DNA of 64,000 bases from Clostridia bacterium (GCA_017399965.1 JAFQAP010000027.1:64632-128631), one strand, 5' to 3'; counted from the first letter of the stretch, positions 28,726 to 38,724 are shown. The notes: generated by a model from the sequence alone, not told the origin. Numbers and translations are program-made.

Positions 28726-29423
28726 TCTTTCTTTTCCTCGTTGTCCGTCTTTATAAGATCGGGACGTTTTTTAAGAGTGCGGAGCAGAGATTGCTCTGCC
28801 TGCCACTTTTTTATTTCTGCGTGGTTGCCGTTTACCAATACCTCCGGCACCTCCAGCCCCTCAAAGACTCTGGGGCGGGTGTACTGGGGATATTCCAGCA
28901 GACCGTCCGACAAACTTTCTTTTTCATAGCATTCCGGATCCTTGAGCACGCCTTCCAAAAGCCTTGCGGTGGCATCCACCACTATCTCTGCGGCTATCTC
29001 TCCTCCGGTAAGCACGTAATCTCCGATAGAGATCTCCTCGTCTATTTCCAGCTCGATAACCCGCTCGTCAATACCTTCGTAATGACCGCAAAGCAAAATA
29101 AGGTTATCGTACTGCAAAAGCTCCTTAGCTTTCTGTTGGTTGAACAGACTGCCCTGAGGAGAAAAATATATGGTGCGCACGGTTCCGTTAAGACGCTTCT
29201 TAACGTCCCGTATGCAATCCACGATAGGCTGGCAAGCCATAACAAGACCAAAGCCGCCGCCGTAGGGAGAATCGTCCACACGGCGGTGCTTATCTTTGGT
29301 ATACGATCTGATATCGTTTGTATTAAGTGTAAAAAGTCCTTTTGCCCGTGCTCTGCCGATAATGCTGGTGTTAAAATAGTTATCCAGCATATCGGGGAAC
29401 AGCGTAAGTATTTCGTAATGCAA
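28719..29423 (-). CDS. trmD: tRNA (guanine37-N1)-methyltransferase
   Basis: ILTLFPDM, CGHYEGIDERV and GDYVLTGGE are TrmD signature regions. Confidence 0.95.
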   Translation of the reverse strand: MHYEILTLFPDMLDNYFNTSIIGRARAKGLFTLNTNDIRSYTKDKHRRVDDSPYGGGFGLVMACQPIVDCIRDVKKRLNGTVRTIYFSPQGSLFNQQKAKELLQYDNLILLCGHYEGIDERVIELEIDEEISIGDYVLTGGEIAAEIVVDATARLLEGVLKDPECYEKESLSDGLLEYPQYTRPRVFEGLEVPEVLVNGNHAEIKKWQAEQSLLRTLKKRPDLIKTDNEEKKEC

Positions 29424-29428
29424 AAATA

Positions 29429-29929
29429 TCAGCTTCCTATCCTGAGTCCTTCGTCCAAACGGACGTGTATGCCCTTTTCCACATCAACGGACAGGATATA
29501 TCTGTCCACCGCGGGCACAAGATATTCTTTTTCTTCCCCTGCGATATAGTATAAAAATCCGCCTATGGTTTCGTCGATACGGGCAAGTCTGCCTATGCAT
29601 TCCTGTGTATCTGCATCATATACGGGAAGATCGATAAGATCGTCGTTATAAATTACGTCCGCGGGAAGAGCGGGATCGTAACGGTCAAAATACACCGTTC
29701 TGCCGGTAAGCACCGCGCAGGCGGTACGGTCCTCATATCCCTCAAAAACGATAGAGGGTATGTTGGGACGGTAATTAGCTATTTTAAGCTTTTTTTCGCC
29801 CTTTTGGTCCAGATAGAGATATTCCACGCCCTCAAGATAATCGGGGCTGTCACACCAGCAGGAAAATTTGAGCTCCCCTTTTATACCCCGGGGAGAATTA
29901 AGCCTGCCTGCTTCTAAAAATCTTTTCAT
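29429..29929 (-). CDS. rimM: 16S rRNA processing protein RimM
   Basis: 166 aa. GRLNSPRGIKGELK N-terminus and a PRC-barrel C-terminus. Conserved position between the KH gene and trmD. Confidence 0.9.
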   Translation of the reverse strand: MKRFLEAGRLNSPRGIKGELKFSCWCDSPDYLEGVEYLYLDQKGEKKLKIANYRPNIPSIVFEGYEDRTACAVLTGRTVYFDRYDPALPADVIYNDDLIDLPVYDADTQECIGRLARIDETIGGFLYYIAGEEKEYLVPAVDRYILSVDVEKGIHVRLDEGLRIGS

Positions 29930-30162
29930 TAGTCGACAATATCAACGATAACGCGCTTGTTTTCCTTAGCAGCAGCCGCACGCATAACCACACGTATGCA
30001 CTTTGCGATCCTGCCGCCGCGGCCGATAACCTTGCCCATATCGGACTTGGCAACGGAAAGTTCCAGTATGACCGTATCACCGCTGACTTTTTCGGTAACC
30101 GCAACCTGTTCGGGATGCTCCACGATAGCAGATGCGATATCAATAAGTGTCTGCTTCATCAA
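29929..30162 (-). CDS. KH-domain RNA-binding protein (YlqC-like)
   Basis: 77 aa. GKVIGRGGRIAKCIR is a GxxG KH motif. Conserved position after rpsP. Confidence 0.85.
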   Translation of the reverse strand: MMKQTLIDIASAIVEHPEQVAVTEKVSGDTVILELSVAKSDMGKVIGRGGRIAKCIRVVMRAAAAKENKRVIVDIVD

Positions 30163-30191
30163 ATAACCGTCCTTTCAAAAAATCGGCATAT

Positions 30192-30225
30192 CTCACCCCT
30201 GAAAATCCTTGCGGATTTTCAGAGG
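30192..30225 (+). repeat. REP-like palindromic element, variant copy
   Basis: TCACCCCTGAAAATCC-ttgc-GGATTTTCAGAGG between the KH gene and rpsP. Same frame as the 42243 repeat unit. Confidence 0.6.
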
Positions 30226-30240
30226 CTAAAGTTAAAATTC

Positions 30241-30483
30241 TTACTGTACGCCGGTTTTCTTGAGAAGGGCTCTAACGGTATCGGTAGGCTGTGCGCCCTT
30301 TGCGATCCAATCCTTTGCCTTTTCGCCGTCAATGCTGATGACTGCGGGCTCCTTCATAGGATCATAGTAACCGATCTCCTCGATAAATCTGCCGTTTCTG
30401 GGATAACGGGAGTCTGCTACAACTACTCTGTAAAAGGGAGCCTTCTTTGCGCCCATTCTTCTGAGTCTGATTTTTACTGCCAT
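30241..30483 (-). CDS. rpsP: 30S ribosomal protein S16
   Basis: [26 protein letters not shown] is a canonical S16 N-terminus. Confidence 0.95.
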   Translation of the reverse strand: MAVKIRLRRMGAKKAPFYRVVVADSRYPRNGRFIEEIGYYDPMKEPAVISIDGEKAKDWIAKGAQPTDTVRALLKKTGVQ

Positions 30484-30558
30484 GATGTTTTTCCTCCATA
30501 AAGGTGTTTTTTATTTTTATTTTTTTATTTTTTGTTAATTGGTGGGGTGCTTTCTCGC

Positions 30559-30637
30559 GGGGTCCCCAAAAATGCGCAAGCATTTTAGGGGTGTTTTTCT
30601 TGCGGGGTCCCCAAAAATCCGCAGGATTTTAGGGGTG
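30559..30637 (-). repeat. Two REP-like palindromic elements (inverted orientation relative to the 42243 array)
   Basis: 30604-30637 is the exact reverse complement of CACCCCTAAAATCCTGCGGATTTTTGGGGACCCC. 30559-30593 is the same unit with a compensatory stem change (ATGC..GCAT instead of ATCC..GGAT). Confidence 0.8.
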
Positions 30638-30658
30638 TTTTCTCTTGCGGGGTGTTAG

Positions 30659-32002
30659 TTAAAAGCCGAAGTTCATGCCGCCGAAGCGCATTTTCTTGCT
30701 TCCCTTACCGGTCTGCTGTTTTGCCATCTGCTTCATAAGCTTGTTTATCTGCTCGTACTGCTTAAGCAGGCGGTTTACTTCTTCAACCGTTCTGCCGCAG
30801 CCCGCGGCGATACGCTTTTTGCGGGAAGAATTTATAATATCCGGTTTTGCTCTTTCCTTGGGTGTCATGGAAAGAATTATAGCCTCCATATGAGCCATTT
30901 GCTTTTCGTCTATTTTCGCGTCCTTAAGCTGGGAAGGCTTTATTCCCGGCATCATACCCAAAAGCTGCTCCATACTGCCCATATTCTTTATCTGGCGGAA
31001 CTGGTCCAGATAATCGTCCAGAGTGAAAGAAGATTCAAGGAACTTCTTTTCAAGCTCTGCCGCTTTCTTTTCGTCAAACTGCTGCTCCGCTTTTTCGATA
31101 AGGGAAAGTACATCGCCCATACCCAGTATACGGGATGCCATTCTGTCCGGATAGAAGGGCTCTATATTTTCTATCTTTTCGCCCACGCCGATAAACTTTA
31201 TGGGCTTGCCGGTAACGTATCTTACGGAAAGCGCCGCACCGCCGCGGGTGTCGCCGTCCAGCTTGGTGAGTATAACGCCGGTTATATCCAGCAGGTTGTT
31301 AAAGCTTTCCGCTACGTTTACCGCATCCTGACCTGTCATTGCGTCTACTACCAACAGGGTTTCGGTGGGGTTGACTTCGTCACGTATGCGCTTTAACTCC
31401 GCCATCAGAACTTCGTCTATATGAAGTCTGCCCGCGGTATCCACAAACACCATATCGTGACCGTACTTTTTTGCGTGGACAAGAGCTTCTCTCGCCGTTT
31501 TTACAGGGTCCTGCGTGCCTCTTTCAAAAACCTGAACTCCCGCTTGTCCGCCTACTATCTTTAACTGATCTATAGCGGCGGGGCGGTAAATATCACAGGC
31601 TACAAGCAAGGGATTTTTACCTTGCTTTTTATACATACGGGCAAGCTTTGCGCAATGGGTGGTCTTACCGCTGCCCTGCAGACCGCACATAAGCACTACC
31701 GTGGGAGGTGCGGAGGATATGGTAAGCTTGGCATTGCTTCCGCCCATTAAAGCTATAAGCTCTTCGTTTACTATTTTTACTATCTGCTGTGCGGGAACAA
31801 GGCTTTGCATAACGTCTGCGCCTACAGCGCGCTCGGACACTTTTGCAACAAATTCCTTAACCACTTTGAAGTTAACGTCCGCTTCCAGCAAAGCCAGCTT
31901 TATCTCACGCATGCCCGCCTTTACGTCGGCTTCGGTGAGTCTGCCCTTGTTGCGGAATTTCTTCAAAGCACCCGCCATTTTATCTACAAGACTCTGAAAC
32001 AT
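30659..32002 (-). CDS. ffh: Signal recognition particle protein
   Basis: GLQGSGKTT, DTAGR, TKLDGD, and a Met-rich M domain. Start at ATG 32002, immediately after the ylxM stop. Confidence 0.95.
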   Translation of the reverse strand: MFQSLVDKMAGALKKFRNKGRLTEADVKAGMREIKLALLEADVNFKVVKEFVAKVSERAVGADVMQSLVPAQQIVKIVNEELIALMGGSNAKLTISSAPPTVVLMCGLQGSGKTTHCAKLARMYKKQGKNPLLVACDIYRPAAIDQLKIVGGQAGVQVFERGTQDPVKTAREALVHAKKYGHDMVFVDTAGRLHIDEVLMAELKRIRDEVNPTETLLVVDAMTGQDAVNVAESFNNLLDITGVILTKLDGDTRGGAALSVRYVTGKPIKFIGVGEKIENIEPFYPDRMASRILGMGDVLSLIEKAEQQFDEKKAAELEKKFLESSFTLDDYLDQFRQIKNMGSMEQLLGMMPGIKPSQLKDAKIDEKQMAHMEAIILSMTPKERAKPDIINSSRKKRIAAGCGRTVEEVNRLLKQYEQINKLMKQMAKQQTGKGSKKMRFGGMNFGF

Positions 32003-32003
32003 A

Positions 32004-32315
32004 TTATTCTCCCAGCAGGGATTCGGCAGCCGCGCGGATCTCCGAAGAATCTGTAAGCGCAATAATTCTTTCTGCCGCGGTTTTTACCGTTTGTCCCCTT
32101 TCATATACGTGAAGACATTCCTCAAGCTCGTACAATCTTTCCTCACCGTGCTTTATAAGGTCACGCACCGCCTGACGGGTGATCCCCGTTTGCTCGGCTA
32201 TTTCCGCCAGGGAAAGATCCTCGTTGTAATACAGATCCAAAGCGTCTCTCTGGCGTGAGGAAAGCACGCGGGAATAGCAATCAAACAGAACAAGTATGCG
32301 CTCTCTTCCGTTCAT
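32004..32315 (-). CDS. ylxM: YlxM/UPF0122 putative DNA-binding protein
   Basis: 103 aa. LSLAEIAEQTGITRQAVRDLI is a sigma-region-4-like HTH. Conserved position upstream of ffh. Confidence 0.85.
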   Translation of the reverse strand: MNGRERILVLFDCYSRVLSSRQRDALDLYYNEDLSLAEIAEQTGITRQAVRDLIKHGEERLYELEECLHVYERGQTVKTAAERIIALTDSSEIRAAAESLLGE

Positions 32316-32359
32316 AAAACTCCCGCCCTCTCAAAAAACAGTCCCCTAAGGGACTATGT

Positions 32360-32400
32360 TAAAAACGTGTGCCTGTAAAGTTTTTTTCTTTACAGGCACA
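32360..32400 (-). terminator. Intrinsic terminator downstream of the Clp-type ATPase gene
   Basis: Perfect 12-bp stem GTGCCTGTAAAG/CTTTACAGGCAC (32369-32380 / 32388-32399) followed on the minus strand by CGTTTTTAAC. Confidence 0.8.
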
Positions 32401-32426
32401 TATTATATCCGTTATATGGTAATTTG

Positions 32427-34526
32427 TCAAGTACTTTTTTGATATTCTCTTACTTTTTTACTTTGTTTTTCCCACATTTTTTCCTGGGTAAGCCTTGTTA
32501 TGTCACGGCAGAGGGTGCGGGCGCTTCCTTTGCACTCTTTTACCGCATTTTTAACCGCTTCGGAGGGCAAAAATATATCCTCTCCCCGTCTGCGGGCAAG
32601 CAAAGACAGCTTTTCGGCGTGGTCAAAGCCTATGCGTTCAAGGGAACAAGTGTCAAGCGGAGCAAAGAAAATAATATCGTCCACTCTTTCGGTTATATCC
32701 GAAGGGACAAGCGCGGTTACGTCCTTACCCTCTTTACCGCTGTAAAAGCCCGCCCGCGCAGACAGATTTTCATCGGACACGGTTATAATTACCGTGGCAT
32801 CCTCAAAGGATACCGTCAGCCCGTCGGAATCGGTAAGCTCGCCTTTATCCAGAATACGGGATATAAGGCTTTTAACGTCGGGGTGGGCTTTTTCCGCATT
32901 GTCAAACAGCACCGTGGAAAAAGGAGTGCGGCGCACCGCCTCTGTAAGCACGCCTCCTTCCCCGCTTCCCGTATAACCGGGAGGCGCTCCGATAAGGCGG
33001 GATACGGAATGAGGCTCGGTGTATTCCGACAAATCTATTGATATAAGTCCTTTTGGGCTTCCGCTTAAAGCAAATGCAAGCTTTTTTGCACATTCGGTCT
33101 TGCCTACTCCGTTTGGACCGTAAAACAGCATACTTCCTGCAGGACGTCCTCCCTCCGCAATACGGGAAGACCGCCTTTTTACTGCGGCTATTATGGCGGA
33201 AACCGCCGCATCCTGACCTATAATTCCGTTTTTTAAGGTATTTTCCGCCTGATCCACCCGCAGGCAATCGGAATCCGTAATAAATTCCAGAGGCACTCCC
33301 GACATTTCCTCCGTAAGACAGGCTATATCCCGCTCCGTTACCGTTTCTCCTCCCGACATACGCTTGGCGGAGGCGGCTTCGTCTATAAGATCGATAGCTT
33401 TATCCGGCAGATATCTTCCCGAAATAAAGCGGTGGGAATATTCCGCCGCGGCGGTAATGGCTTGGTGGGAGATACATACACCGTGGTATTTTTCGTATTT
33501 ATCCTTTAAAGCGTACAGCACGGTCTTGCATTCCTCCACCGTGGGCTCGTTTACGTACACCTGCTGGAAACGCCGGCACAAAGCCCCATCCCTTTCTATG
33601 CTTTTTTTGAATTCCTTGGGGGTGGTTGCCCCGATAAGCTGTACTTCGCCTCTGGCAAGAGCGGGCTTTAAGATGTTGGAGGCGTCCACCGCACCCTCCG
33701 CCGCGCCTGCCCCCACAAGAGTGTGAATTTCATCTATAAAGAGTATTACGTCTTTATCCTCGGTGGCTTCACGTATGATATTGCGGAGTTTCTCTTCGAA
33801 TTCGCCTCTGTATTTGGTGCCTGCCACCAGACAAGCCATATCCAAAGACAGTATACGGCGGGAAAGCATTTCCTCCGGAACGTCCCCTTTTGATATGCGC
33901 AAAGCAATGGATTCCGCAACTGCGGTTTTGCCTACTCCGGCTTCCCCGATAAGCAGAGGATTGTTTTTGCGGCGGCGGAGAAGGATGCGAAGTATACGCT
34001 CCTCCTCCTTTTCTCTGCCCACAACGGGGTCTATTTCTCCAAGCATCGCTTTTTCAGTAAGGGATACCGAATATCTGTCAAGATTGGGGGTGGATAACCG
34101 TACTTCTCTTTTTGCGCTCATTTTGGTGTGTTTTTTCCTTTCCAGTGCCTTTTTCAAATTGTCCGTATCTATATCCATATCATCAAGCAGGCGGGTAGCC
34201 ACACAGTCCGATTCCAGCAAAGCTATGAACAGCGCCGTGTTATCCACCTCCTCTCCCCGCGGGGTATTCTCCGCCCCGCGTGATAAAACTTTCTTCAAAG
34301 CGGGGGTCATATCCTCCGGCGATAAAAAGGTCTTTTCCCCCTTATCCGATAACTGCTCTATTCTTTTAAGTATATCTTTTTTATTAAGTTCGGCGGGAAA
34401 TCCGTCTGCTTCCACAAGGGCGTACAGCAAATGCTCGGTGCCCACGTAAATGTGACCTAAGTCCGAAGCTGTCTTTATCGCCAGATTAAGAGTAGAATAA
34501 GAATGATCCGAAAATCTGCCCTGCAT
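32427..34526 (-). CDS. Clp/Hsp100-family AAA+ ATPase (two nucleotide-binding domains, no obvious middle domain)
   Basis: Clp-N repeat ([11 protein letters not shown]), Walker [10 protein letters not shown] (D1) and GPNGVGKTE (D2), [12 protein letters not shown]. 699 aa. Confidence 0.85.
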   Translation of the reverse strand: MQGRFSDHSYSTLNLAIKTASDLGHIYVGTEHLLYALVEADGFPAELNKKDILKRIEQLSDKGEKTFLSPEDMTPALKKVLSRGAENTPRGEEVDNTALFIALLESDCVATRLLDDMDIDTDNLKKALERKKHTKMSAKREVRLSTPNLDRYSVSLTEKAMLGEIDPVVGREKEEERILRILLRRRKNNPLLIGEAGVGKTAVAESIALRISKGDVPEEMLSRRILSLDMACLVAGTKYRGEFEEKLRNIIREATEDKDVILFIDEIHTLVGAGAAEGAVDASNILKPALARGEVQLIGATTPKEFKKSIERDGALCRRFQQVYVNEPTVEECKTVLYALKDKYEKYHGVCISHQAITAAAEYSHRFISGRYLPDKAIDLIDEAASAKRMSGGETVTERDIACLTEEMSGVPLEFITDSDCLRVDQAENTLKNGIIGQDAAVSAIIAAVKRRSSRIAEGGRPAGSMLFYGPNGVGKTECAKKLAFALSGSPKGLISIDLSEYTEPHSVSRLIGAPPGYTGSGEGGVLTEAVRRTPFSTVLFDNAEKAHPDVKSLISRILDKGELTDSDGLTVSFEDATVIITVSDENLSARAGFYSGKEGKDVTALVPSDITERVDDIIFFAPLDTCSLERIGFDHAEKLSLLARRRGEDIFLPSEAVKNAVKECKGSARTLCRDITRLTQEKMWEKQSKKVREYQKST

Positions 34527-34656
34527 ATATCCCCCTCCCTCGGTAGGTTTTACCGTTTCAAATACATTTTATGTGTTTTTGCGAATTCTTGTTAAAACCC
34601 CTTCCAATGAAGCAGTTTTTGTGCTATAATAGGTCAAAGGAAAGGAGGTATGCTCT

Positions 34657-35406
34657 GTGGCAGAAAAGAAGCCGGTTAAGAAGACCCGCAAACTCTTGGT
34701 TAAAAAGCCTGCGGTAAATGAGCCTGTTCAAAGCAGACGCCCGTTAACGGAAGAAGAAAAATACCGCCGTGACACCCGCAAAGCAAGGGCGATACAACGC
34801 AAACGTGCAAGACGGGAAAAGACGGTTGCCGTAATAGCGGTAATGCTGGCGGTGTACGTGGGCGTTATCGGAATTATTGCCGCATACGGCATACTTTCAT
34901 TCAATTCCGTTGCGGAAAGTTCCAAAGTATATTCCGTGGAGGGATATATGGGTGAAACAAAGGCGTTTACCGTTTCCGCCGCAAATGCGAACAATTCCTA
35001 CGGACTTTACATCCCCTTTTCCACCCTTACAAAGCTTTGCCCCATGTCTATTGCGGGGGATAAAGACGCGGTGGCAATAATTTTGCCGGAAAGCGGCGAT
35101 TATATTAAATGCTTTTCCAATTCCTCTTCCATTTGGGTGAACGACGCGCCCTGCAGACTTTCCGCCCCCGTGCTTTTTGAAGAGCAGGATTGGCTTATTC
35201 CCGTGGAAATGCTGGAGTATATCAACGGCATAACCGTAACCTACGGAGAAAACAGAGTGTGTACCGTGTACGTTAAAGATGCTTCCCAGCTTCTTTCCGC
35301 TTCCCACTCCCTGCCCGTGGGTATAGATAATATAGAATTCAGCCCCCTTTACGATACCGACTATATATACGGCGAAGAAAGCGGCGATGAAGATATATCT
35401 GAATAA
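34657..35406 (+). CDS. Membrane-anchored protein with a highly basic N-terminus, unknown function
   Basis: GTG 8 nt after GGAGG. Lys/Arg-rich N-terminal tail, one TM helix (VAVIAVMLAVYVGVIGIIAAYGIL) and an extracellular beta-rich domain. Confidence 0.5.
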   Translation: MAEKKPVKKTRKLLVKKPAVNEPVQSRRPLTEEEKYRRDTRKARAIQRKRARREKTVAVIAVMLAVYVGVIGIIAAYGILSFNSVAESSKVYSVEGYMGETKAFTVSAANANNSYGLYIPFSTLTKLCPMSIAGDKDAVAIILPESGDYIKCFSNSSSIWVNDAPCRLSAPVLFEEQDWLIPVEMLEYINGITVTYGENRVCTVYVKDASQLLSASHSLPVGIDNIEFSPLYDTDYIYGEESGDEDISE

Positions 35407-35475
35407 AAAATAAAACGCATGTAACCTTTCCTTGTTTTGCAAAGTATTGTATATAAAACTAAACGGAGGTTATTT

Positions 35476-36204
35476 ATGAAAAACACATTGTGCTTGTTAA
35501 TTTGCTTGTTTATGTGTGCTTTGTTTTTTGCGGGATGTGAAACCGACGAGCAAAGCATGCAAGATACTAATGAAAGCGGAGAAAATGTTTCCGTAAATTC
35601 CGAAAGTATCTTCGACGAGAGCGATATTTCCGCCGAAGACGAAGTAACTCTTACAGAAATTGTTGTTACGGGGCAAGCTCTCGACACCGCCGTAGACACC
35701 TTCTATGAAGACGATTATTACGAATATTACTTTCCTACCATGCCTCAGCACGAATACGTTATCGTCAAATATTCCGATGGCACGTCGCAAAACGTTAAAG
35801 ATGCGCTTGCAGACGGAAGAATAACTGTTTTCGACCTTAATAAGTTCGATATCGAATATGAAAAAATTGCAAAAGAATACTCTCTTTTACGAGGAAATGA
35901 GCTTGTTGTGAAAATTCACATAAGTTCATTGCCCGAAGCGTATGAATATTCCTATGACGGCGAAGACGCTGAAGAGATCGTAAAATATTTAAAAGGGTTG
36001 GCGCTTATATCCGATTTCTCTGAAAATCCTGATGAATATGCGGGAATGACGTGGGTTATAGAGCTCGAATACGAAAACGGCGCCAACGCAACGGTTTACC
36101 ATTTCGGCAATATGTTTATACGCACCGATCACGGAAAATGGTACATGATGGAACACAGCGAAGCGCTAAAGCTGAGCGAACTGATCAAAGAACTTAACAA
36201 ATAA
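35476..36204 (+). CDS. Putative lipoprotein, unknown function
   Basis: ATG after GGAGG. The signal peptide ends in lipobox LFFAGC. The upstream 13-codon ORF extension was rejected. Confidence 0.55.
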   Translation: MKNTLCLLICLFMCALFFAGCETDEQSMQDTNESGENVSVNSESIFDESDISAEDEVTLTEIVVTGQALDTAVDTFYEDDYYEYYFPTMPQHEYVIVKYSDGTSQNVKDALADGRITVFDLNKFDIEYEKIAKEYSLLRGNELVVKIHISSLPEAYEYSYDGEDAEEIVKYLKGLALISDFSENPDEYAGMTWVIELEYENGANATVYHFGNMFIRTDHGKWYMMEHSEALKLSELIKELNK

Positions 36205-36224
36205 ACCCCCACAACGACAAAAAC

Positions 36225-36256
36225 GGCGAGAGAAAAAATCTCTCGCCGTGTTTTTA
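36225..36256 (+). terminator. Intrinsic terminator
   Basis: GGCGAGAGA-aaaaa-TCTCTCGCC followed by GTGTTTTTA. It is preceded by a C-rich box, AACCCCCACAACGACAAAAA. Confidence 0.8.
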
Positions 36257-36293
36257 TGCTGTTTTGTGGAGTGCTTTTTCTTGTGGGGTGCTT

Positions 36294-36983
36294 TTACAGT
36301 CCCATTTTCTGGATAAGCATTCTGGAGCAATCCAGCTGGTTGGGGATATTGCCGTTTTCATCGCGCACGCGCCAGATATCGGGTGTGATCTCGTCCGCAA
36401 CGTACATCTTGCCGCTTTCGTCATATCCTACTTCGATCTTGAAATCGATAAGGGTGAGGTTGAGAGTTGCAAGGTATTCCTTAAGTACTTCGCCTACGCG
36501 GAGAACGATGCTCTGCGCTTCGTCGTACTGACCTTCCTTAAGAAGACCCTTCATAATGCACAGACGCTCGCTGATAAGAGGATCGCCCTGAATATCGTCC
36601 TTAAGAGTAACCTCTGCGTAAGGAGGATCGAATACGATACCCTCTTCCAAAGAGAAGCGGCGGCACATACTGCCTGCGGTGTAATAACGAAGCACGAACT
36701 CCAGCTTGGGAACGGTGAGCTTGCGAACCTGCATAAGTCCCTTATCTACGTCTGCTGCGATATAGTGGGTGGGAACACCGTTTTTCTCCATAAGCTCAAA
36801 GAAGAACTTGGAGATGGCAAGACCGATCTTGCCCTTGCCCTCTACGCTTCCGCCAACGGTGTTGGAACCGGGGTCGAACACGCCGTTTTCGCCTGTCATA
36901 CTGTCCTTGAACAAAAGGTGAACTATGTTCTTTTCCTCGTCAAGTAAAACGTCCTTTGTTTTGCCGGTGTAAAGTGTCTTCAT
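36294..36983 (-). CDS. purC: Phosphoribosylaminoimidazole-succinocarboxamide synthase
   Basis: LYTGKTKDV N-terminus, LIDFKIEVG, ADEITPDIWR: SAICAR synthetase signatures. Confidence 0.95.
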   Translation of the reverse strand: MKTLYTGKTKDVLLDEEKNIVHLLFKDSMTGENGVFDPGSNTVGGSVEGKGKIGLAISKFFFELMEKNGVPTHYIAADVDKGLMQVRKLTVPKLEFVLRYYTAGSMCRRFSLEEGIVFDPPYAEVTLKDDIQGDPLISERLCIMKGLLKEGQYDEAQSIVLRVGEVLKEYLATLNLTLIDFKIEVGYDESGKMYVADEITPDIWRVRDENGNIPNQLDCSRMLIQKMGL

Positions 36984-37040
36984 ACTTCGTAAAACCTTCT
37001 TTTTATCATAGATTTGTTTATTATCTCAATAGAACGATTA

Positions 37041-37069
37041 ATTATATCACAGCGTTAAAAATTTGACAA
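37041..37069 (-). promoter_or_regulatory. SigA-type promoter for purC
   Basis: Minus strand: TTGTCA (37069-37064), 17 nt, TATAAT (37046-37041), with TG two nt upstream of the -10. Confidence 0.6.
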
Positions 37070-37112
37070 GTACGTGAATAAAAAAATTTGACCGCTGTAT
37101 AAAAAATTTTAA

Positions 37113-37799
37113 TTATTTTTTCTTTTCCCGCCTGCTTTTTACTATTTTATTGTATATAAGCAAGCCGGCTATACTTACCGCGCCGGTTATTCCGTATAAA
37201 AGTAATGCGTGAATGTACTGCCCCTCTCCCAAAAGATGTCCCCCGAAGGTGGAGGAAATTACCGAAGGAAAACGGGCAACCAGGGAAATACACAGAAATT
37301 CGGTGATTTTAATATCCGTAAGTCCTGCGAAATATGTGATAAGGTCTTTTGGGGTGCCGGGAATAAAAAACAGGATGAATATTAAAAAGTTACGCTTTTT
37401 GGAGGTGTTTATGAATTTAAGCTCGTTTATCTTTTCCCTTGAAACGAACACCTCCACCAACCGTATTCCGAAACGGCGGGTGAGAAAAAAGATTAAAGCC
37501 GATGCGGCGGCAACGCCCGCATAGCAGATAACCGTTCCCCAAAGAGGTCCGAAAGCATATCCCGCGGCAGTCTCCACCACCTCGCCGGGAATGAGGGCGA
37601 TAAACACCTGCAGAAACTGCACTCCGAAAAGTACCAACCACCCCCACGGGCCAAAGGAGCGTATGTAATCTCTGAAGCCTTCTTCGGAAAAAGAGGACAG
37701 CCATTTCCACACAAAAAGGGTGGCAAGGAGAGCAAGAATTATTACCACAGCCAATGAAAGGAGCGCAAGTATTTTCTTTGTTTTTTCTGTTTTATTCAT
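37113..37799 (-). CDS. TVP38/TMEM64 (DedA-related) family membrane protein
   Basis: 228 aa and multi-TM. LIPGEVVETAAGYAFG and FIPGTPKDLITYFAG are typical of SNARE-associated/TVP38 proteins. Confidence 0.8.
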   Translation of the reverse strand: MNKTEKTKKILALLSLAVVIILALLATLFVWKWLSSFSEEGFRDYIRSFGPWGWLVLFGVQFLQVFIALIPGEVVETAAGYAFGPLWGTVICYAGVAAASALIFFLTRRFGIRLVEVFVSREKINELKFINTSKKRNFLIFILFFIPGTPKDLITYFAGLTDIKITEFLCISLVARFPSVISSTFGGHLLGEGQYIHALLLYGITGAVSIAGLLIYNKIVKSRREKKK

Positions 37800-37800
37800 T

Positions 37801-38610
37801 TTAACCTATATATTTTCTTATTTTTTCAAAGGTTTGGTTAAGAGAATCGAAATCAATTACACCGTTTTCATCGAAAGAGGTGGCTTCCACGGTAAAATCG
37901 CCTCCGTAGTTTTGCTCCTTCAGATATGCAAACAGCTTATCAAAATCCACCTTACCCTCGCCTATATGCAGGGTCTTAAGGTTTGACCAATCCATATATC
38001 CCCCGCCGTAATCGTTTATATGAAAATGCTTTATACGGTTAAAAACCTCTGTATTTTCATAAAGCTTTTCCGTTTGTGCGTGGAATTGGGACATTTTCGT
38101 ATCGAAGGTAAAGGAAATATCGAGAAACTCACGTGAAAGCGAAACAAGATGTGTAAAAGGATCCTGATGGTTGCACACCACGTTTTCCACCGTTAAAAGC
38201 AGACCGAAGGACAAAGCGATCTCATTGAGCCGTACATACATTTCCATATTGTGGGGCATATCCTTATCCGAATCAATACCGCTCCACAAATGTAAAACCA
38301 GCTTTTCCGAACCGATATCTTTTGCAAGACGGCAGTTTACCTCAAACAATTCTACCGCTTTTTCGGTATCGCCTTCTCCGTTGCGGCTGATACGATCCCC
38401 CACCTGCTTTTCTATATGGAAAACGGGAAAGGATGCTCCCGTGCCCAAAACGACCTTTTTTACTTCGTCTATCTTATCGTACCAGGTGCTGTACATCATA
38501 AATTCGAATCCGTCGCAATTAAGGCTGCGGACACATTCATCCAGCAGATATATGTTTCTTCCGTTTGGTCTGCCGATAACGGCGCCCGTAGAACAAAATA
38601 CACGGTTCAT
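37801..38610 (-). CDS. Sugar phosphate isomerase/epimerase (xylose-isomerase-like TIM barrel)
   Basis: 269 aa. VLHLWSG, TVENV and HFHINDYGG fit the AP-endonuclease-2/xylose-isomerase-like barrel. Confidence 0.7.
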   Translation of the reverse strand: MNRVFCSTGAVIGRPNGRNIYLLDECVRSLNCDGFEFMMYSTWYDKIDEVKKVVLGTGASFPVFHIEKQVGDRISRNGEGDTEKAVELFEVNCRLAKDIGSEKLVLHLWSGIDSDKDMPHNMEMYVRLNEIALSFGLLLTVENVVCNHQDPFTHLVSLSREFLDISFTFDTKMSQFHAQTEKLYENTEVFNRIKHFHINDYGGGYMDWSNLKTLHIGEGKVDFDKLFAYLKEQNYGGDFTVEATSFDENGVIDFDSLNQTFEKIRKYIG

Positions 38611-38695
38611 AAAAACACCTCCGTCCTTGCCCCATTATACCCCCGAATAAGACAAAATTCAATATAATATGCAAAAAATGGTATTCATTCCCCTA

Positions 38696-38724
38696 TTGAC
38701 AACCGTAAAGCTCTGTGGTACAAT
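38696..38724 (+). promoter_or_regulatory. SigA-type promoter of the sdpR-like operon
   Basis: TTGACA (38696-38701), 17 nt, TGgTACAAT (-10 at 38719-38724, extended -10 TG). Confidence 0.7.

Noticed and set aside
28689-29549. 286-aa plus-strand ORF
   Set aside because: It is antisense to trmD/rimM, which are unambiguous.
30484-30658. Possible riboswitch or ribosomal-protein leader upstream of rpsP
   Set aside because: The structured parts are copies of the dispersed REP-like element found at unrelated loci (42243, 45024), so they are not a gene-specific leader.
36264-36947. 227-aa plus-strand ORF
   Set aside because: It is antisense to purC (SAICAR synthetase signatures on the minus strand).
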